Source: Eledone cirrhosa | Taxonomy: Eukaryota | Reading direction: 5' to 3' | Length of the DNA: 64,000 bases | NCBI GenBank assembly: GCA_964016885.1 | Contig: OZ024756.1 | Coordinates: 39,742,001-39,806,000 of the forward strand | In this document: one piece after another, positions 54,064 through 64,000 of the stretch | Position numbering within the stretch: the stretch's first letter is position 1 | Layout of the letters: each line of letters starts with the position of its first letter | Program-made: the position numbers and the translations under genes | Notes under the pieces: model-generated | What the model saw: the letters and a program-made list of their open reading frames with translations, nothing else | The model's database searches: none | What the model was told of the DNA's origin: nothing

Positions 54064-54272
54064 CCCTTTAGCATTTAAACTGGTCATATCCGGCCAGAAT
54101 CCTCTCACCTCTTTCTGTTCAAACCAGCCATAACCGGCCACTCATACTGATGTTAAGGTATTGTTTTCAAAATATTTAATATCAAAATCTTGTAGATTCG
54201 ATATTATGTGAGATAATTATGTGAGGTAAAGCCTTTACCACAAAAATACAATAATATATATAGATTAAAGGG
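54064..54272 (-). mobile_element. piggyBac-type MITE (inverted)
   Basis: TTAA-flanked reverse-complement copy. Confidence 0.85.
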
Positions 54273-54403
54273 TTAATGTTCATCTTTCCTGCTAGCAAGG
54301 GTTGAATGTGTTTCCATAGACTGAGGCAGAACTCATGTGGAACTACTCTGACCTGCTTCATCTGCCAGAATCTGTTAAGGATCTTTATAACCACCATCAT
54401 TTA

Positions 54404-54624
54404 CCCTTTAGCATTTACATTATTCTATATATACTATTATATTTTCATGGTAAAGTCTTTGCCTAACATAAATATCTCACATAATATTGAATCTATGAGA
54501 TTTTGATATTATTTATTTTTACAACAATACCTTAACATCAGTATGAGTGGCTGGCTACAGATGGTTTGAACAGAAAGAGGTGAGAGAATTCTGGCCGGAT
54601 ATGGCCGGTTTAAATGCTAAAGGG
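54404..54624 (+). mobile_element. piggyBac-type MITE
   Basis: Same TIRs. A further partial copy lies at ~54832-54937. Confidence 0.85.
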
Positions 54625-55361
54625 TTAAACCAGAGAAGGGCAGGTAGCCCCATAACATTTTGTAGGGACTCTAAGGCTTGTGGAAATATAAACAAGAGGT
54701 TGGAAACTCTGATTCATATCAGTACATCACGATATTGAGTTAACGCGGACTAAATGGTAGCAACAATACAGACTTTAGTAATTTATCAGACTCAGAAGTA
54801 ACTCATGAAGCAATGTGTTTAGTTATGGCTTAAAACCTTTAGTATTTACATTACTTTATATTTACTATTAGATTTCCATGGTGGAGGCGTTACTTCACAT
54901 AATTATCTCACGCAATATCGAATCTATGAGATTTTGATAATGATGGTAGTGGTGATGATGATGATGCAGTAACAGTAGCCACAGTATGTCCCAGTTTTTT
55001 CTAGGAGGGTGAGCTTCTTTTGAAATGTAAAGTTTTCTTTTCCTGGAAGAATTCAGGAAAGGTGTGTCCCATTTTATTTGAAAGTATTTTGGTTATTTCC
55101 ATATTTAGTATTTAGGTATCTGATGGAGCACTGAAACTGCTGACATTCACATCTAGTTCATATCTCTGGCTTTATAATATAATGTTCAGAGATAAGAGTT
55201 TGCACAAGTCTAACTTCGGTGTGTGTGTGTATGTACTAGTGCGTGTATGTACTAGTGTGTGTATGTACTAGTGTGTGTGTGTCTATAGAGATGTCTTTAG
55301 CTAATATATATATATATATACGTGCGTGTGTTATATATATATAACACACACAATATTATAT

Positions 55362-55406
<45 letters not shown>

Positions 55407-55715
55407 TAACACAATATATATATATATATGTTGAAAACAAAAGGCGAGGTTTAGTGGTTAAGTGGTTAACTAGTTCATATACAGTAACACCCATACACAC
55501 CCCCACATACATACATCTACATATACACATACATACACACATACGTACATACACATACATACATTCATACACATATATTTACATACATACACATATATAT
55601 ACACACACACACTTACATACATACAATTATCTTATAAATAATGTTGATTTTCGGAACAGAATGATATATAAATGTGGCTGTTCTAGTTTTTCCCTAAATC
55701 TTTCAAAGGTTACAC

Positions 55716-55767
<52 letters not shown>

Positions 55768-56009
55768 CTACAAACATACATATACACAGACAGACATACA
55801 CACTCAAACATACATATATACAGACATACACAAACATACATATATACTGACATACATACACACACTAACATATGTGGGACATATATTATTATGTGATGTA
55901 AGAGAAGAGATGTTTACTACTGGAGAACTGAGGAAATTTCACCTCTTCTCACTTGTGGTATTTTATACTGAGATAATAGGGAGGTTTAGAAGTTTACAAC
56001 ACAGTATAG

Positions 56010-56855
56010 ATGGGGTGGTAGTGGTGGTGGTAGTACTGTGGTGGGTCTACTGGTGTTCTGGTGGTAGTACTGTGGTGGTGGTGGTGGTGGTGGTGGGTCT
56101 ACTGAGGTTCTGGTGGTAGTACTGTGGTGGTGGTGGTGGTGGTGTGTCTACTGGTGTTCTGGTGGTAGTACTGTGGTGGTGGTGGTGGTGGTGGTGGGTC
56201 TACTGAGGTTCTGGTGGTAGTACTGTGGTGGTGGTGGTGGTGGTGGTGGTGGGTCTACTGGTGTTCTGGTGGTAGTACTGTGGTGGTGGTGGTGGTGGGT
56301 CTACTGAGGTTCTGGTGGTAGTACTGTGGTGGTGGTGGTGGTGGTGTGTCTACTGGTGTTCTGGTGGTAGTACTGTGGTGGTGGTGGTGGTGGGTCTACT
56401 GAGGTTCTGGTGGTAGTACTGTGGTGGTGGTGGTGGTGGTGGTGGTGGGTCTACTGGTGTTCTGGTGGTAGTACTGTGGTGGTGGTGGTGGTGGTGGTGG
56501 GTCTACTGAGGTTCTGGTGGTAGTACTGTGGTGGTGGTGGTGGTGGTGTGTCTACTGGTGTTCTGGTGGTAGTACTGTGGTGGTGGTGGTGGTGGTGGGT
56601 CTACTGAGGTTCTGGTGGTAGTACTGTGGTGGTGGTGGTGGTGGTGTGTCTACTGGTGTTCTGGTGGTAGTACTGTGGTGGTGGTGGTGGTGGGTCTACT
56701 GAGGTTCTGGTGGTAGTACTGTGGTGGTGGTGGTGGTGGTGTGTCTACTGGTGTTCTGGTGGTAGTACTGTGGTGGTGGTGGTGGTGGGTCTACTGAGGT
56801 TCTGGTGGTAGTACTGTGGTGGTGGTGGTGGTGGTGTTCTGGTGGTAGTACTGTA
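56010..56855. repeat. ~46-55 bp (GGT)n-containing minisatellite with alternating variants
   Basis: Units with TCTACTGAGGTTCT alternate with TCTACTGGTGTTCT. Confidence 0.92.
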
Positions 56856-57789
56856 GTAAAGATAGGGGTGGCTTCCTCCATGGCTATGAATGTGTTGTTT
56901 ACTAGACTGTGTTGGTTGTAGGAGCTGTAATAGTAGTAATGGGGGCATAGAAAGGATGGAAGTGGTGTTGGTAGTGGTGGTGTGGTGGTGGTGGTGTGGT
57001 GGTGGTGGTGGTGGTGTGGTGTGGTGGTGGTGGTTGTGGTGGTGGTGGTGGTGGTGGTTTTGGGGTGTTTTTGTAATTGTTTAGCTATATGCTGCTTGTA
57101 GATATATTAGAGACATAGACAATGTGATGGTGGTGGTGTTGGTGGTGGTGTGGTGGTGGTGGTGTGGTGGTGGTGGTGGTGTGGTGTGGTGGTGGTGGTT
57201 GTGGTGGTGGTGGTGGTGGTGGTTTTGGGGTGTTTTTGTAATTGTTTAGCTATATGCTGCTTGTAGATATATTAGAGACATAGACAATGTGATGGTGGTG
57301 GTGTTGGTGGTGGTGGTGGTGGTGGGGGGGGGGATTCTCTTTGTCACCATCACTGCCATCACCTCCACCACCACCACTTTACCATGTGGGCTGGAGGCTT
57401 CACTAGATATATGCTACAGTCTGTCCTCATGGGAGATGTATGGGAGGGTGAAGTGGTGGTGATGGTGGTGGTGGTGGTGGTGATGATAGTGGTGGTGGTG
57501 GTGGTGGTGGTGGTGATGATAGTGGTGGTGGTGGTGGTGGTGATGATAGTGGTGGTGGTGGTGATAGTGGTGGTGATGGTAGTGGTGGTGATGGTGGTGA
57601 TAGTGGTGGTGATGGTAGTGGTGGTGAAGTGGTGATGGTGGTGGTGGTGATGGTGGTGAAGTGGTGAAGTGGTGGTGGTGGTGATGATAGTGGTGGTGGT
57701 GAAGTGGTGGTGGTGGTGGTGGTGGTGGTGGTGATAGTGGTGGTGATGGTGATGATAGTGGTGGTGGTGGTGATGATAGTGCATACTAT

Positions 57790-59700
<1,911 letters not shown>

Positions 59701-60679
59701 GTATGTGAACTGATTAATCCGCATAATGATAATCTGTGAGAATTACTTTAAACTACTTGAAACACTTTAACTAAGAAGATTTGTTGAAATCTTTCTCAGA
59801 TTCTGTAGTTGTTTCCTCTGAGTAAGTATGAGGTCAATATATTTTTAATAAATATGTCATCTTTGCTGTAATGCACGTCCTGTTTACGTACCATTGTAGT
59901 GTTGTGATGAGGATAAGGAGGAGGAGGATCCTGTTGGTGGGGGGCTGCGCTGCTTGTTTTTTTGTGGTTTTTTGTTGTCTTTTTAGCAAAAAAAATAAAA
60001 GGGGTGGGGGTATGCTTTTTTTTAATTCCACCTTTAACACTTGACTATGTTCATCTGTCATCTCTCCGGAAGTCCCTCTCTCAACTTTAAATACTCTTCT
60101 TCTTTTCTTCTTCTTCTCTTTCTACTTCTCTTCCTTCTTCTTTCACTCTTCTTCTTCTTCTTCTTCTCTTGTCTTCTTCTTCTTTTGTCTTCTTCTCCTT
60201 CTTCTTTTCTCTTCTTCTTTCACCCTTCTTCTTTTCTTCATCTCTTCTCTTTGTTCTTCTCTTTGTTCTTCTTCTTTTCTCTTCTTTTTCTTTTTCTTCT
60301 TCTTCTTCTTCTTCTTCTTCTTCTTCTTCTTCTTCTTCTCCCCCTCCTCCTCCTCCCCCTCCTCTGACACCCCTCCCTACCCCCACTTATCCAGTAGACC
60401 CAGCTGTCTCCCAGGGATGTTAACCTCTCACCCTTTCCTGGACCCATATTTCTAACAACAATATTCTGGGGTTTTGTTGGTTTGTTTGTTTTTTGTTGTT
60501 TTTAATTATGAAAATAATTAAGAAATATGAGGAGATGGTTTAGTGAAATAATTAACTTTTAACTTAATAATAAAACAGCAGTATTTAACTAGTGACGACT
60601 CTGCCCTCCACGACCCTCTCAGGAATAAGTGGTTGAAGAGGAGGGAGAAGAAGAAGGAGTCTAATAATATCTGTTATGT

Positions 60680-60905
60680 AATAATGGTTTCTGATTTAGG
60701 CACAAGGCCAGTAATTTTAGGAGAGGGGGGAAAGTCGAGTAAATTGACCCCAGTGCATTACTGGTACTTTATTTTATTGACCCTGTAAGAATGAAAGGCA
60801 AAGCTAACCTCAACGGGATTTTAAAGCTGAACGTAAAGGGCCGTAACTCTATCCCGCTAAGCATGTTGTCCGATGCTCTAGCGATTCTACCCATCCATTG
60901 CCCTT
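60680..60905 (-). mobile_element. SINE family 1 (long form)
   Basis: Full-length reverse-complement copy. Confidence 0.83.
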
Positions 60906-61039
60906 ATCTGTTATGTCATGAGATTTCAGTACGAGGTTTGAATTTAAATTTGAACACTTTAACCCTTTTATGAGCATATTTCTAATGAAATACACTGCCC
61001 TTGTGTTTCATTTAATTTTGAAATTATTTAAGAATTTGG

Positions 61040-61365
61040 ATTAGCTCCGAGATGAGAGAGTCACTTCAGGTAGAACCACTCCTTCTCCGAATTGAGAGAT
61101 CACAGCTCCAATACTATGGACATGTGGTTAGAATGTCTCGGGAAAGAATCTCTGGACAGGTTTTACAGGCAAAAACCAACCAGTAAGAGATCGAGAGGCA
61201 GACCCCGAGCAAGATGGTTGGATAACATCCATGAGCTTGGTTGGTCTCGCTTGGGAGATCCAGTCGGATCAGTTGGCGACAGTTGCTTCTGACAGGACCT
61301 GCTGGAAGGAGTGTTTGAGGACTCTGTCCCCCTGACCCTCGCAGAAATAAGTGAGTGAAGACGAG
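61040..61365 (+). mobile_element. RTE LINE (Rex3/Expander-like) 3' fragment
   Basis: KPTSKRSRGRPRARWLDNIHELGWSRLG. Homologous to 12750-13080. Confidence 0.85.
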
Positions 61366-61647
61366 AGGGACAGGTTTAGTAAAATAACTAACTTTTTGTC
61401 ATTAAACATAACTGTATGAAAGGTTCACCACCACCACCACCACCACCACTATCATGTTACGCCCAACTTTCTATGGCAACATAAAGTTGAACAGGTTGTC
61501 ATGACCCAAGACTAGTCAGGTCAGAGAACCATACCTTGAACTACAGCTTGTTGAATGAAATTTAAATATCATCATCATCATCATTTCTCAACAGCTTACA
61601 CTTATGTTTAGCATTATGATGAACACACCACATATCTTGTTCTGTTA

Positions 61648-61860
61648 TTGGCAGAATCGGTAGAGTGTCGGACAACATGCTTTGCAACATAGAGTTACAG
61701 ACCTTTATGATCTGAGTTCAAATCCCGCCGAAGTTAACTTTGCTTTTCCTCCTTACGGGGTCAATAAAATAAAGTACCAGTCACGCACTGGGGTTGATTT
61801 AATTGACTTCCCCCTCCCCCAAAATTGCTGGTCTTGTGCCTATATAAGAAACCATTGTTA
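61648..61860 (+). mobile_element. SINE family 1 (long form)
   Basis: A-box TGGCAGAATCGG, B-box GAGTTCAAATCC, core and tail. Confidence 0.85.
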
Positions 61861-62024
61861 GGGTCCTAAATGGTCAACACCACTACTTTAGTATTAGTTC
61901 AACACATGTAGAGTTTCTGACCAACACAAAGTACTTCAGTATTTCTGCCATTTAAATATGAATTACATTTATTCGGTCATTATGTATCCTTGCCAACAGT
62001 ATTTTTTTCTTAAATACATTTAAC

Positions 62025-62066
<42 letters not shown>

Positions 62067-62434
62067 GAGAGAGAGAGAGTGTGTATGTGTGTGAAAGAGT
62101 TTGAGAGAGAGAGAGAGAAGGGAAAAATGTGGGTGTGAAAGAGAGAGAGCAAGGAACTGTGGATGTGTGTGTGAGAGAGAGAGTGTGTGTGTGTGTGCGT
62201 GTGCGTGTGTGTGAAAGAGTGAGAGAGAGAAGGGGAAAATGTGGGTGTGAAAGTGAGAAAGGAACTGTGGATATGTGTGTGAGAGAGAGAGAGAGAGAGA
62301 CCAAAAGGAACTATGGGTGTGTTTGACGCACTGAAAACCATTACAGGACTCAGCTGGGTGGCCTAAGAAACAATCTAGTTACTGATAAGTCAGCCATAAA
62401 CCAGTTTTTAACTTGAAACAGAGACATAGGTTGG

Positions 62435-64000
62435 TAATACAGTTACTATAGAGGGTTTAAGGCTATATGACCTAATATAGTTACTATAGAGGGTTTAAGG
62501 CTATATGACCTAATACAGTTACTATAGAGGGTTTAAGGCTATATGACCTAATATAGTTACTATAGAGGGTTTAAGGCTATATGACCTAATATAGTTACTA
62601 TAGAGGGTTTAAGGCTATATGACCTAATATAGTTACTATAGAGGGTTTAAGGCTATATGACCTAATATAGTTACTATAGAGGGTTTAAGGCTATATGACC
62701 TAATACAGTTACTATAGAGGGTTTAAGGCTATATGACCTAATATAGTTACTATAGAGGGTTTAAGGCTATATGACCTAATATAGTTACTATAGAGGGTTT
62801 AAGGCTATATGACCTAATATAGTTACTATAGAGGGTTTAAGGCTATATGACCTAATATAGTTGCTATAGAGGGTTTAAGGCTATATGACCTAATATAGTT
62901 ACTATAGAGGGTTTAAGGCTATATGACCTAATATAGTTACTATAGAGGGTTTAAGGCTATATGACCTAATATAGTTGCTATAGAGGGTTTAAGGCTATAT
63001 GACCTAATATAGTTACTATAGAGGGTTTAAGGCTATATGACCTAATATAGTTACTATAGAGGGTTTAAGGCTATATGACCTAATATAGTTGCTATAGAGG
63101 GTTTAAGGCTATATGACCTAATATAGTTACTATAGAGGGTTTAAGGCTATATGACCTAATATAGTTACTATAGAGGGTTTAAGGCTATATGACCTAATAT
63201 AGTTGCTATAGAGGGTTTAAGGCTATATGACCTAATATAGTTACTATAGAGGGTTTAAGGCTATATGACCTAATATAGTTACTATAGAGGGTTTAAGGCT
63301 ATATGACCTAATATAGTTGCTATAGAGGGTTTAAGGCTATATGACCTAATATAGTTACTATAGAGGGTTTAAGGCTATATGACCTAATATAGTTACTATA
63401 GAGGGTTTAAGGCTATATGACCTAATATAGTTGCTATAGAGGGTTTAAGGCTATATGACCTAATATAGTTACTATAGAGGGTTTAAGGCTATATGACCTA
63501 ATATAGTTACTATAGAGGGTTTAAGGCTATATGACCTAATATAGTTGCTATAGAGGGTTTAAGGCTATATGACCTAATATAGTTACTATAGAGGGTTTAA
63601 GGCTATATGACCTAATACAGTTACTATAGAGGGTTTAAGGCTATATGACCTAATATAGTTACTATAGAGGGTTTAAGGCTATATGACCTAATATAGTTGC
63701 TATAGAGGGTTTAAGGCTATATGACCTAATATAGTTACTATAGAGGGTTTAAGGCTATATGACCTAATATAGTTACTATAGAGGGTTTAAGGCTATATGA
63801 CCTAATATAGTTACTATAGAGGGTTTAAGGCTATATGACCTAATATAGTTGCTATAGAGGGTTTAAGGCTATATGACCTAATATAGTTACTATAGAGGGT
63901 TTAAGGCTATATGACCTAATACAGTTACTATAGAGGGTTTAAGGCTATATGACCTAATACAGTTACTATAGAGGGTTTAAGGCTATATGACCTAATATAG
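62435..64000. repeat. 38-bp satellite (TAGTTACTATAGAGGGTTTAAGGCTATATGACCTAATA), >=41 copies, running off the window end
   Basis: Exact 38-nt periodicity. Confidence 0.99.

Noticed and set aside
62435-64000. TAATACAGTTACTATAGAGGG resembles the T7 promoter; 38-bp period resembles a CRISPR repeat
   Set aside because: The GACTC specificity element is absent, there are no unique spacers or cas genes, and the context is eukaryotic.

Overview
Repeat-saturated animal genomic DNA, most likely octopod (inferred from SINE types and extreme microsatellite density). It contains one complete 8-exon + strand gene for mitochondrial 2,4-dienoyl-CoA reductase (DECR1-like, CDS 15189-23772, 344 aa) with a degenerate antisense tRNA-Phe in intron 5, and a probable first coding exon of a rolling stone-like gene (33834-33926). 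The rest is micro/minisatellites, tRNA-derived SINEs, piggyBac- and hAT-type MITEs, and RTE, RLE (R4/Dong-like), CR1 and Gypsy fragments. Nearly all ORFs in the supplied track are microsatellite artefacts. The most striking unexplained structure is a set of small non-coding elements embedded in (TA)n tracts that carry Type I hammerhead ribozyme motifs: about 8 complete cores plus several degenerate or half copies. They often occur as divergent inverted pairs, with one arm ending at a fixed point and the other running on into a conserved tail. Four different sequence variants share a covarying stem II with an invariant C.C mismatch and a palindromic (UA)n stem III, consistent with Penelope-like/retrozyme terminal repeats that target (TA)n.
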